Below are positions 26,697 through 35,900 of a stretch of 64,000 nucleotides of DNA, one piece after another. A program made the translations under genes and the position numbers. Within the stretch, counting starts at the first letter, position 1; every line of letters starts with the position of its first letter. Source of the DNA: a virus; the IMG/VR virus record IMGVR_UViG_3300045988_176106. One strand, 5' to 3'. The notes below the pieces were generated by a model that had not been told where the DNA came from, ran no database searches, and saw only the letters and a list, made by a program, of their open reading frames with translations.

Positions 26697-28943
26697 ATGG
26701 CTACATATGAAAATCTACCAGGCGTAAATCTGGAGCTTTTAGACGGTAATTTAAGAGTAGACGCTACATCAGATGCCAATCGTGTCTTAATTATCGGTCG
26801 TGCTGAAACAGGTACATCTGGAAGAATATATAATGTTGGTGACACCAACAAGGCTGCTAATACATTTGGCCCAGAATCTCCTCTGATCAGGAAGATGTCT
26901 GAGGCTCGCTTAGGTGGTGCAACAGAAGTATCTCTATATCGTATTGGTGGATCTCCAGCATCATTAAATGGTCTATGGGGTGAAGGTTCTCAACTTGCAA
27001 CAGTAGAAGAATCTGTTGTAGCTGGTGACAGCTTCCGTATTTATTGCGGTCCTCGTCCTAGCAACGATGGTAAATCATGCTTGATCGTATTCAAGGGTAA
27101 AAATATTGTTTACTCTAACGTTCCTGGTTCTGAAATTGACCTTAACCAAGTAACAGTTACAGGGTTTGATGAAACAACAGGTGTTGTAATCGGTACTCCT
27201 ACTGAACCTGTTCTGATGTCAAACATTATCCCAGTAACCAAAAAAGGTGAATCAAATCACATTAGCAATGGCGTTAATACAGAATTTAGACTTATTGGTA
27301 CAACAAAAACTGATAACGTTACAAATGTTGTTGTTAAAGTTAATGAAGAAGAGAAAACATCTGGTACAGATTACACTCTAACAAAAGACACTTTAAATAA
27401 CTACTGGAAAATAAAATTCAATTCTGCACAAGATGCACGTGCAAAAATTAATGTAACATATGACTATATCGCTACTGGTAATGAAGCTGGTGCAGCTGTA
27501 TTCAGCGGCGACGGCGCTAAAACTAAATTTGTTTTAGCAGGCACTCATCCTAGCAGCAATGTTACCGTTGACCGTGTTGTAGTTGCTGGTGTAGATAAAA
27601 CATCTGAAGCCACAGTTGAAGACAGCGACGATAATCTAAGCAAAGCGCTTGTACTGCAAACTGCTCCAGGCGATCAAGAAGCAATTGCTGTTGACTACAC
27701 TATTGCTAAAACAGGATCTTCAGTTCCTGGTACATTTAAAGAAGGTAAAGACAGCCTGAACTGTACATGGAAAGAATACTACGAGATTCTTTACGCTGGG
27801 CTTAAAGATCTTGAAACAGTAAATGCAATGTCTGTTGTTACAGACTACGCTATCGTTGATGCACCAAATATTGCATCTGGTTCTACTGCCAAAGACAGAC
27901 TGGAATATGTATATGTTTCAGAAGAAGATGGCGAATACAAATTCGAATGGTCTACATCTAAAGTTGTATATCGTAAAGGCAGTGGTACCACATTGAACTC
28001 CTCTGAGGCAGATATTAACGGTAACGGACAACCTATCGTTTACAGACGTTATCATGAGGCTGATTTTGCACACTTGCTGGCAGAATTCGCATACAATATC
28101 TCTGAAAATGAACAATTTACACTTGTAACAATTGGTACATCAGTTCCTCAAACTACATCTACATTTGCAGTTAACAAATGGGTTGGATCTGCTCCTACCT
28201 ATGATGCCGCTGGTAATATCATCACTAACGGTACTGGTCTGCTTGGTGTTCGCCATATGGTAGAACGTGCTGACCAAGCTCAAGGTTACTACAAAACTTC
28301 ATCTGGCTTCGTTGACGGTGTTGTTCAAGTAGATAGTAATGGCGCCAACATTGACATTGGTAAATACTTATCAGTTGTTCCACAATTAGTTATTACTCCA
28401 GCTAGCTCATCTACTGGTACATCAACCAGAATCACAAATGCTGCAGCTATCTATGCTGGTCTATTAACAACAATTGTAGCTGGTAACTCTACTACAAATG
28501 CTCCTCTGCCAAGATTGAGCCTGCCATTTGAGATGAAGAAAACCAAATTGAACCAACTGTCTAGCGCCGGTTATGTAACATTCCAAACTAAGAATAACAC
28601 TGTTCGCGTAGTGTCTGGTGAATTGGCTACTAACATAAATTCAGACTATGATTATGTTTCTACATCAATCATCATCAACTCTGTTATTACTGGTATTCGT
28701 AACGTATGTATTCCTTACATTGGTAAGGGTCTAACAGAGGCAACTAAAGTTGCTCTTGATACAGCTATCGAATCTGTACTTGACCAAGCAGTTGCTGCAG
28801 ATGCAGTAGTTAAATATGCTCACGTTGTTAACCAACCTACTGTTATCAACGGAAAAGGTACTTTAAACGTAGCGTTAACAATCGTTCCAGCCTTCGAGCT
28901 TCGTGAAGTTAACGTAGCAGTTAAATTAGCTTTAGATCTTTAA
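26697..28943 (+). CDS. Tail sheath protein
   Basis: 748 aa. N-terminus MATYENLPGVNLELLDGNLRV... and the C-terminal region ...LSSAGYVTFQTKNNTVRVVSGELATN... are typical of contractile sheath proteins. High-expression codon style, followed by the tube genes and a terminator hairpin. Confidence 0.85.
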   Translation: MATYENLPGVNLELLDGNLRVDATSDANRVLIIGRAETGTSGRIYNVGDTNKAANTFGPESPLIRKMSEARLGGATEVSLYRIGGSPASLNGLWGEGSQLATVEESVVAGDSFRIYCGPRPSNDGKSCLIVFKGKNIVYSNVPGSEIDLNQVTVTGFDETTGVVIGTPTEPVLMSNIIPVTKKGESNHISNGVNTEFRLIGTTKTDNVTNVVVKVNEEEKTSGTDYTLTKDTLNNYWKIKFNSAQDARAKINVTYDYIATGNEAGAAVFSGDGAKTKFVLAGTHPSSNVTVDRVVVAGVDKTSEATVEDSDDNLSKALVLQTAPGDQEAIAVDYTIAKTGSSVPGTFKEGKDSLNCTWKEYYEILYAGLKDLETVNAMSVVTDYAIVDAPNIASGSTAKDRLEYVYVSEEDGEYKFEWSTSKVVYRKGSGTTLNSSEADINGNGQPIVYRRYHEADFAHLLAEFAYNISENEQFTLVTIGTSVPQTTSTFAVNKWVGSAPTYDAAGNIITNGTGLLGVRHMVERADQAQGYYKTSSGFVDGVVQVDSNGANIDIGKYLSVVPQLVITPASSSTGTSTRITNAAAIYAGLLTTIVAGNSTTNAPLPRLSLPFEMKKTKLNQLSSAGYVTFQTKNNTVRVVSGELATNINSDYDYVSTSIIINSVITGIRNVCIPYIGKGLTEATKVALDTAIESVLDQAVAADAVVKYAHVVNQPTVINGKGTLNVALTIVPAFELREVNVAVKLALDL
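27264..27704 (+). repeat. Two tandem ~70-aa beta-rich insertion domains inside the sheath protein (protein-level repeat)
   Basis: Unit 1: SNGVNTEFRLIGTTKTDNVTNVVVKVNEEEKTSGTDYTL...KINVTYDYI. Unit 2: FSGDGAKTKFVLAGTHPSSNVTVDRVVVAGVDKTSEATVE...AIAVDYTI. Confidence 0.6.
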
Positions 28944-28951
28944 TAAAGAAT

Positions 28952-28973
28952 AGGAGAGGGTAATCCTCTCCTT
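28952..28973 (+). terminator. Stem-loop after the sheath gene (probable partial terminator/attenuator)
   Basis: AGGAGAGG gtaat CCTCTCCT: 8-bp stem, 5-nt loop, 9 nt after the sheath stop. The downstream T-tract is weak (TTAAC). Confidence 0.6.
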
Positions 28974-28991
28974 AACAATCAGGATAAAATT

Positions 28992-29666
28992 ATGTCAGAA
29001 TTTAAGGAATACCACAGCTTTGGTGGTGTAGATATCACACCTGTATTCGGTAGCAAAGTATTCGGCGAAATGTCAATGGTTTCTTACCGTGTAGACAGAG
29101 AGAAAGCCCCTGTATTTACAATGGGTTCTCCTGATGCCAAAGCAATTGCACGTGGTAAACGTTATGTTTCTGGAGCTTGTGTCTTCACTGTATTCGACCG
29201 TGACTCTCTGCTTGAAGCGATGGATGAACAAGATAATACAACCGTTTATCTAAGCAAACATGAGTCTGCAAACTACCAACGTGGTGGTATTTACAGTCAA
29301 ATTAATGGTGGTAAATATCAGGACGGTTATGCATCTACTGCTGCTTCTGCTGCAACTAGATCAGGCGGTACAGTTGCTGCTGACTACAACTTCACTGCAA
29401 ACAGTCTTACTTCTAATACAAACATCAATAACGCATTGCGTACCAAAACGAAAGCTAACCTTGCCGACCAAGTATTGGCATTTGATATTAGCCTTGTTGC
29501 TACAAATGAATATGGTCATACATCTAAGATGGTAATCTACGGTGTAGAGCTTATGAGTGAAGCTGGTGGTGTGTCTGTTGATGACCTTGTTCTAGAAAAA
29601 CAAATGTCATTTATTGCTAAACGTGTTTCTAACTGGATGGCAATTGACAGCTATAATAGCAAATAA
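28992..29666 (+). CDS. Tail tube protein
   Basis: 224 aa directly after the sheath gene, with AGGA 7 nt upstream of the ATG and high-expression codons. It is the founding member of three tandem paralogs. Confidence 0.75.
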   Translation: MSEFKEYHSFGGVDITPVFGSKVFGEMSMVSYRVDREKAPVFTMGSPDAKAIARGKRYVSGACVFTVFDRDSLLEAMDEQDNTTVYLSKHESANYQRGGIYSQINGGKYQDGYASTAASAATRSGGTVAADYNFTANSLTSNTNINNALRTKTKANLADQVLAFDISLVATNEYGHTSKMVIYGVELMSEAGGVSVDDLVLEKQMSFIAKRVSNWMAIDSYNSK

Positions 29667-29693
29667 TAATTACTAATCCTTTCGGAGCCACAT

Positions 29694-31085
29694 ATGTCAT
29701 ACGACAATATACGAAAGGGAGAGTATCATTCAGTGGGTGGCGATGCCACCCACATTATTTTTAACTTTCCTGGATACGGCGCACTGTATATGGGAAGTTT
29801 GATATCTCTCTCATATCAGACATACAGGGATAAAGTACCTGTCTACAATCTAGGAAATACTAATATTGATGGGTTTGCTATTGGGAAGAGATATGTAGCT
29901 GGCTCTATTATAAAAGCAATGTTTCTAAATGATGACCTTAGGGCATTCTTAAATGAAGTATCAAAAGATATAGGTCTAAATAAAGATATAGATTCTATAT
30001 ATCAATTAAAATATGAAAATTCTAAAACATATCATCATCTTATGATGGATGATATATTGCCATTCGATATAATAATAGTATTAAGCTCTGAGTACGGAAA
30101 TTTTTCAGTATCAGAAGTAATATATGGCGCAACACTTATAAATTCTGGTCAAGTACATTCTATACAAGACCTTATTGTTGAGAACACAATATCATTTGTA
30201 GCTCGTGATGCTAGACAGACTCTTGAAAGTTTGAATTCTACAAAGTACAATATAACTACAGGTGGTGCAGGAACAAAGGCATCTGAACTCTCAGATACAT
30301 CTAATACAAAATACAAATCAGATAAATCAAATAGTAATCCAGATCAAGAATGGTTTAAAGATGCTTTAGAGAAATATAAGTATCAGGCAAATCTTGATGG
30401 ACAACTTACTGCAGATGAGCAGAAAGTTATATCAACATTATCCCAATTGGCAGGATTAGGAGAAGATCCTAATTATAATTGGGAATCTTTACCGGCTGAA
30501 TATAAAATATATAAAAATGACCCATATACAAATGGCGGCACTAAAAAATATGTATATCCAAAATCTCAAGATATAGATTCATCATCTCTTACTGCACTAG
30601 ATAAAGGCGATAAATTTATAGTTGACGATGGTGATACATTAGTGTGGACAGGGGGTGTAAAAACATCTACGGGAAGTGACTATAGTGGTAAATTTACTAT
30701 ACGTCTCTTAGGAATAGATACTCCTGAAACAGAACATAAGGACCTGAAGCCACAAGAGTATGGATATAAAGCATCAGATTTTATGAAAGAGTATGTCAAA
30801 TCTGGCAAATGGGATCAGGATGTAAGAGATGGTGTAGTTAAAATTGCTGGCACAGATGTTTATGGCCGTACACTAGTGTATAATTATAATTATGTACTAG
30901 CAGCTGTATCTGCTGGCACTGCACATTATATGGACGGCGGTGTCAAACAAATAGGCGAATCAGAGGATAGAAGAGCCAAGCTCAATGAAGCCGCATTGGA
31001 AGCTAAAAGAGAAAAACGTGGGTTATGGGGAACTGGCAATACAGTAATAATGCCGTCTGTTTGGCGTAAAAATAATAAGAAATAG
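29694..31085 (+). CDS. Tail-tube paralog fused to a C-terminal staphylococcal nuclease (SNase/thermonuclease) domain
   Basis: GGAG 6 nt upstream of the ATG. The N-terminal ~175 aa align by eye with the tube protein (EYHSVGGDATHIIF / EYHSFGGVDITPVF; AIGKRYVAGS / ARGKRYVSGA; FDIIIVLSSEYGNFSVSEVIYG / FDISLVATNEYGHTSKMVIYG). The C-terminus carries DDGDT...FTIRLLGIDTPETEH...YGYKASDF...DVYGRTLVY...AKREKRGLWG. Confidence 0.85.
   Translation: MSYDNIRKGEYHSVGGDATHIIFNFPGYGALYMGSLISLSYQTYRDKVPVYNLGNTNIDGFAIGKRYVAGSIIKAMFLNDDLRAFLNEVSKDIGLNKDIDSIYQLKYENSKTYHHLMMDDILPFDIIIVLSSEYGNFSVSEVIYGATLINSGQVHSIQDLIVENTISFVARDARQTLESLNSTKYNITTGGAGTKASELSDTSNTKYKSDKSNSNPDQEWFKDALEKYKYQANLDGQLTADEQKVISTLSQLAGLGEDPNYNWESLPAEYKIYKNDPYTNGGTKKYVYPKSQDIDSSSLTALDKGDKFIVDDGDTLVWTGGVKTSTGSDYSGKFTIRLLGIDTPETEHKDLKPQEYGYKASDFMKEYVKSGKWDQDVRDGVVKIAGTDVYGRTLVYNYNYVLAAVSAGTAHYMDGGVKQIGESEDRRAKLNEAALEAKREKRGLWGTGNTVIMPSVWRKNNKK
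30612..31031 (+). other. SNase (thermonuclease) domain of the tube-paralog fusion
   Basis: Matches S. aureus nuclease landmarks: DGDT (D21), R in RLLGID (R35), IDTPE (D40, T41, E43), YGR (R87) and the terminal K..GLW. Confidence 0.85.
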
Positions 31086-31093
31086 GATAGTGA

Positions 31094-31918
31094 ATGAGTA
31101 CAATAACCGCATTAGTTGATAGAGATGATGGAACTGTGGATACAGTTTATGCATCTGAAAATAGAGATGGAAGTGTATCATTGACTACCGTAAACTCGGG
31201 GACTGGTGAAACAAGAAGTGGAGCCAGTCCAAAAGGAACTGCTAGGGCAGCTAATACTTCTAATAGTTCAAATAAGAATTCTAAAACAGGCACATTGTAT
31301 CATGCAGATGTAGACGAGATAGAAGTTAAAGGTAAGAGACAACCAAAAGGTCATAGCTTCGTAAACGGCCTGTATAATAAATACTATTCATCGAGTGACT
31401 GTATGATCTATATAGAAGATATATGGCTTGATAAAGTTTCTGGCATAGGTATAAATGAGTCACTGTCTAGTGTTCCTATATATACAATAGGAAATTCTAG
31501 GTACAGTTTTCTATCAAGAGGAAACAATATAGTAACTGGTTTCATATCTATAAATAAATGTACTAAAGATTATTTGCCAATAGTTCTGGAAAATATAAAT
31601 AAAAATTCTGAGTTTAGAAAATTGACCCCATATGAACAAATGCAGCTTACATCTGAAGAGTTGAGAGTATACAAAGAAAAAGAAGCTGCAATGGAATCTG
31701 GTAAGGTGTCTAATAAATCTGTATTAGACTGGGCAGACTTAGATACATTTAATATAACTATATCATACAATAACGGAGACCCAACTATGGCTGGTGTAAA
31801 ACAATATGTTGATATACAAGAAATAAGAATAATAGGGTTCGAAACTAGTATAGATATAGGAAGTGATGGACAACTAATAGATGGCTACAGATTTATAGCT
31901 AAAGAAGTAAGAGGATAA
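31094..31918 (+). CDS. Third, more diverged tail-tube paralog with a ~95-aa Ser/Thr/Asn-rich N-terminal extension (tube initiator or terminator candidate)
   Basis: VPIYTIGNSRYSFLSRGNNIVTGFISI parallels APVFTMGSPDAKAIARGKRYVSGACVF. The C-terminal FNITISYNNGD...IIGFETSIDIGSDGQLIDGYRFIAKEV parallels FDISLVATNEYG...IYGVELMSEAGGVSVDDLVLEKQMSFIAKRV. Confidence 0.7.
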   Translation: MSTITALVDRDDGTVDTVYASENRDGSVSLTTVNSGTGETRSGASPKGTARAANTSNSSNKNSKTGTLYHADVDEIEVKGKRQPKGHSFVNGLYNKYYSSSDCMIYIEDIWLDKVSGIGINESLSSVPIYTIGNSRYSFLSRGNNIVTGFISINKCTKDYLPIVLENINKNSEFRKLTPYEQMQLTSEELRVYKEKEAAMESGKVSNKSVLDWADLDTFNITISYNNGDPTMAGVKQYVDIQEIRIIGFETSIDIGSDGQLIDGYRFIAKEVRG

Positions 31919-31919
31919 T

Positions 31920-32414
31920 ATGTCATTAACAGTAGACGAAGTAAAAGGCCTAAGTACATTACCGGAAGATGATCTTACAGTTGAAGAAGCAATAGAGATA
32001 TCACAGAAGCTTGAAGAGGAAAAAGATAAAGAGGTCCAAGAAGAGTCAGAGATGTCTCTTATAGTTAAAACATTAGCTATGCTTGAGGATGCTCCAACAG
32101 AGGCAGATATTGAGAATTGGAAATCTCAATACGGAACAATACATATATCAACTATACTTAATGGATCAGATTTGTACTTGTGGCGCACCTTGCGTAGACA
32201 AGAATATAAACAATTAATGAAAAGTGGATTCTTAAACGAAGTTCTTCGCGGAGAAGAAGCTATAGTTAAAAAATGTTTACTATATCCTAAACCAGACGAA
32301 AAGTTTATGGCAACATCAAGCGCGGGTGTAGTATCATCACTAAAAGAACAGATAATGTACAAATCTTCATTTGTGCCAGAGTCTATAGCTTTAAGCCAAA
32401 TAAAGGTTATATAA
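31920..32414 (+). CDS. Acidic small protein, tail assembly chaperone candidate
   Basis: 164 aa with an acidic N-terminus, located between the tube genes and the giant tail-internal proteins. The call is by position only. Confidence 0.55.
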   Translation: MSLTVDEVKGLSTLPEDDLTVEEAIEISQKLEEEKDKEVQEESEMSLIVKTLAMLEDAPTEADIENWKSQYGTIHISTILNGSDLYLWRTLRRQEYKQLMKSGFLNEVLRGEEAIVKKCLLYPKPDEKFMATSSAGVVSSLKEQIMYKSSFVPESIALSQIKVI

Positions 32415-32415
32415 T

Positions 32416-32946
32416 ATGAATGCAATAGGTGTCAAATCAGGAAGCTTAATAATTCCATTTAACGATACTGATATAGAATTAGGTGGATATATCTATAGGA
32501 ATCTTATAGTTATTGCAAGAATGCTTAACTCCGTAGAGCTACAAAGAATACTTATGATGGATCTCGAGAGGGGTTATGTAAGAGAAGAGCTATACGAGGA
32601 TATATTTAGAGAATGCTATATATCAATTCCTGGAATAGTTGGAGATATAAATTTTGATGAGGCACCTGCTGGATTTATAACAACTGTCGCTAGTGTAATA
32701 CTATCTAAATCATTAGAGTATTCTACTGACCCACAAAAGGCATTTGAAAGAGATAGAGAATCTGTGTCTTTATTAGATCAAATGGCTGCAATAGTTTCCA
32801 GATATATGAACACTCCATACCTAGAAGTTGTAGAGCTTCCAGTAAATAAGTTATTTGAATTGTATGCAATATGTCATGCGACATATCCAGAGCATGTAAA
32901 AGAAATAGTTGTAGAAGAACCACAAAACAATATTCCTCCGGTGTAA
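32416..32946 (+). CDS. Tail assembly chaperone candidate
   Basis: 176 aa, immediately upstream of the giant ORFs. The call is by position only. Confidence 0.55.
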   Translation: MNAIGVKSGSLIIPFNDTDIELGGYIYRNLIVIARMLNSVELQRILMMDLERGYVREELYEDIFRECYISIPGIVGDINFDEAPAGFITTVASVILSKSLEYSTDPQKAFERDRESVSLLDQMAAIVSRYMNTPYLEVVELPVNKLFELYAICHATYPEHVKEIVVEEPQNNIPPV

Positions 32947-32948
32947 TC

Positions 32949-35900
32949 ATGTCAGCACAAAATTTAGCAGCAAATATATTTGGTCGCAAAGTATTTGACG
33001 AAGGTATACAACCAGGGGATGTAAAATCCCCATATAATATGTATACTTCAGACGATGTAAATACGTATGAAGATATACAGGCTACAAAAGAAATTATAGG
33101 CTCTATAACAAAGTATGGATTATCAGCAGGTGCATTATTTACAGTAAAAGAGCTACTAAAAAGACAAAGCGCACAAAATAAGCTTAGAGACTATATAACT
33201 CTAAGTTATCTATCTGAATCAATTAACGGAACAGCAGATGATGCTGTACGAGCATACGGCGGGAGAGTCACCTTAACGAACTTAGCAATGAATACTGCTA
33301 GGGCGTTTGAGGAGCTCTCCCCTTTTTCTATTTTAAAGACATTCCAAACATCTCATATTATGCAGCCGTTTGCAACAAAAACTGGCGAGCATTTCTTCAC
33401 ACCAGAATTATTAAAGTACCAGAAAAAATATTTCGAAGAGCTTGCACATAAGTATGGCAATAGAGGTATAACATCCGCCGACATATCTACAGGCATATTA
33501 TATAAAGACGGCAAATTATTTTCATCTAGTGGTGAAGAAATAATAAGCAATGCAAGACTTGTTACATCTGAATGGACAGGACATACAGGTGGCCATGATG
33601 AAGGGTCAATGTATAACAAAATTTTAAGAAGACATATCTTGCGTCATCAAGATATGAGTGCACAGTCAAGAAAAGAAATATTTGATTTGTCTAAAAATAT
33701 ACTTGATACAGAGGCACCATTTACTGTTATAGCAGATACAAAAGACACAAATATTAATAAAGGCTGGATAAAATCTGTAATAGGCCAAGGTGTAGCACAA
33801 GGCTTTAACATGGTTAATGAACCATTAGGATTCGTTGAAGAACTTGGTGGCACATTATTCAATGAAAACAATAGCGTATTTAGATTTATAAATAAATATG
33901 GGAAAATAAATCCGCATGCAAATGCGGATATGAAAATAGCCGACTTGGCAGTTGGTTACGTTAGGCATGGCGCTGTTAAACTTGGGATACTTGGTGCGGC
34001 ATATTATACATTAGATAATATGGCCAAGGTAATTGGAACAAGTGGTAGTGGATATGATCAGGGTATAATAGAGGGCGTATCTACAACGGCTGTAAATGCA
34101 AAAATAGCATATGCTGAAATGGTGTCAGATAGATTCGAAGAGTATACTACACAACAAGAATATGTTGCACCAGGATCAACATCATTATTAAGATTAGCCG
34201 GGTTCCCATTAGTAGGAGCTATGCTTGCAGGTACGGTAGCATATAGTAAGCGTGTAGTTCCATCTGTATTATCAGATGAGGGATATAAAGCTGGACAAAG
34301 AATGGCCCATACACAGGGCGATGTAATAAGTTCTGGAGTTTCACAGCTTGTAAGTAACACATCTATAGAGTCTTCATTGGGTAGAATAGGAAATACCAAA
34401 AAATGGGCAATGAGAGGTGCTTTAGCTGGACTTGCATTAGCATTACCATTTTTACCTGGAGCACTAGCTGGTGAATCATCTGATTCAATAAAAGACAGAT
34501 ATCTGTACGGCGAAGATGTAGAACAAAGATCAAATGCATTATGGTTTTCAGGATCAACAGATATAGAAGGTGGAGGTATAAAATACTTCACTAAAAACTG
34601 GTATCAAAGACTGATGGCCGGGAATAAAGACAAAATATTATATGGAGATGGGGATACAAAAGAGGAGCTTAATCCTTTTCTAAATCCAATAGATTATCTA
34701 CAAAATCCGTATAGACTTGAAGAAATGCATCAGGATGATATGCCTTATCCAATATGGGGTATGGATGTATCTGTTGGCGGATGGGCCGGTAAAATATTTG
34801 AACGAACAATAGGTCAAATAATAAAACCGGACAGAATAAATCCAAATATGGCGCAGTTAATGGAAAATCCTAATTCAATAGATCAGGATTACTACGCTAG
34901 TGATGAAAATTCATATGCATTCGCTTATAACTTCGGGGATATAACAAGAAAGCCTAGTTTTGAAGTTCCAGTAAATTACTCAAATGTAGAACAGTCATTA
35001 ATAAACGATGACATGATAACAAAAAGGAAGAATTTAACATATTCTCCATATGCAGAATCAGCGCAATATATATATAATTCTGCATCAGACTATATAGGTC
35101 TTAAAGGATGGGCTATATCAGGAGCTCTAAGTGAATTTGCTGTTGGAGATTTTTCTCAAAAGGATCAATTAGCAAGATCAGGTGAATCAACAAATGTAGC
35201 AAGAGAGTTTGTAGAGCAAAACCTTGGTGGATTATTCGGCGCAGCAGATATACTTCGCCGTATAGTTCCAATGTCATCTAGCGTATTGTATGATAGAGCT
35301 AATCCATTACATAATAGCGTTGCTCCATCTTGGCTTCCAAGTGGAGAATATTATACAAACTTTTCAAAGGGTAATTATTATGGACATGTTGATCTAGGCT
35401 ACGATAGAATGCCTGGATTAGGATATGAATATTATAACCCAGAAGTAAAAGGTTTAAATCTAGAAGATTATCCTGATATACATAAATTTAAAGTATTATC
35501 AGATGTTGCATACGGTTCAAGTGAATTCTATAACGCAAAAGAGCTAATGGAGTCTAAATATAACTCTGGAGAGATGACGGAATCTGAAATAGTAATATAT
35601 GAGACTACATGGGATCAATTACAAAGACGTGCGCAAAAGAAAACATTTGCAGAGTATAAAACGGACGAAGATTATGACAATGTATCGGTTGGTGGGGAAC
35701 TTCTTGGCAAATTATGGGAAACAATAACACATAATGCAGAACTTCCAACAGAAAGGCTTACATTCTTTAGACCTGCCGGTAAACTATTACACCAAAGAAC
35801 AGCAATAGAGGATTATGAAAAGACTCAACTTATTGCATCTGATACAGCATTATGGAATGAACCATTCAAGCATTTTATAAGACCATTTATGGAGGAAAGT

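Noticed and set aside
29260-29535. 91-aa plus-strand ORF in an alternative frame inside the tube gene (Leu-rich: LLLLLQL...).
   Set aside because: It arises from reading the GCT/ACT/TCT-rich Ala/Thr/Ser stretch of the tube gene out of frame. There is no start context, and the tube frame carries the conserved paralog blocks.
32871-32949. Possible -1 programmed frameshift from the 32416 chaperone-like gene into the giant ORF, whose frame is -1 relative to it and is open from at least 32871. This would mimic the G/GT tail-chaperone frameshift.
   Set aside because: No X XXY YYZ slippery heptamer in the 76-nt overlap (codons ...CAT GTA AAA GAA ATA GTT GTA GAA GAA CCA CAA AAC AAT ATT CCT CCG GTG TAA). 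A normal ATG (32949) sits 2 nt after the stop. Fusing a chaperone to a 1274-aa protein would also be atypical.
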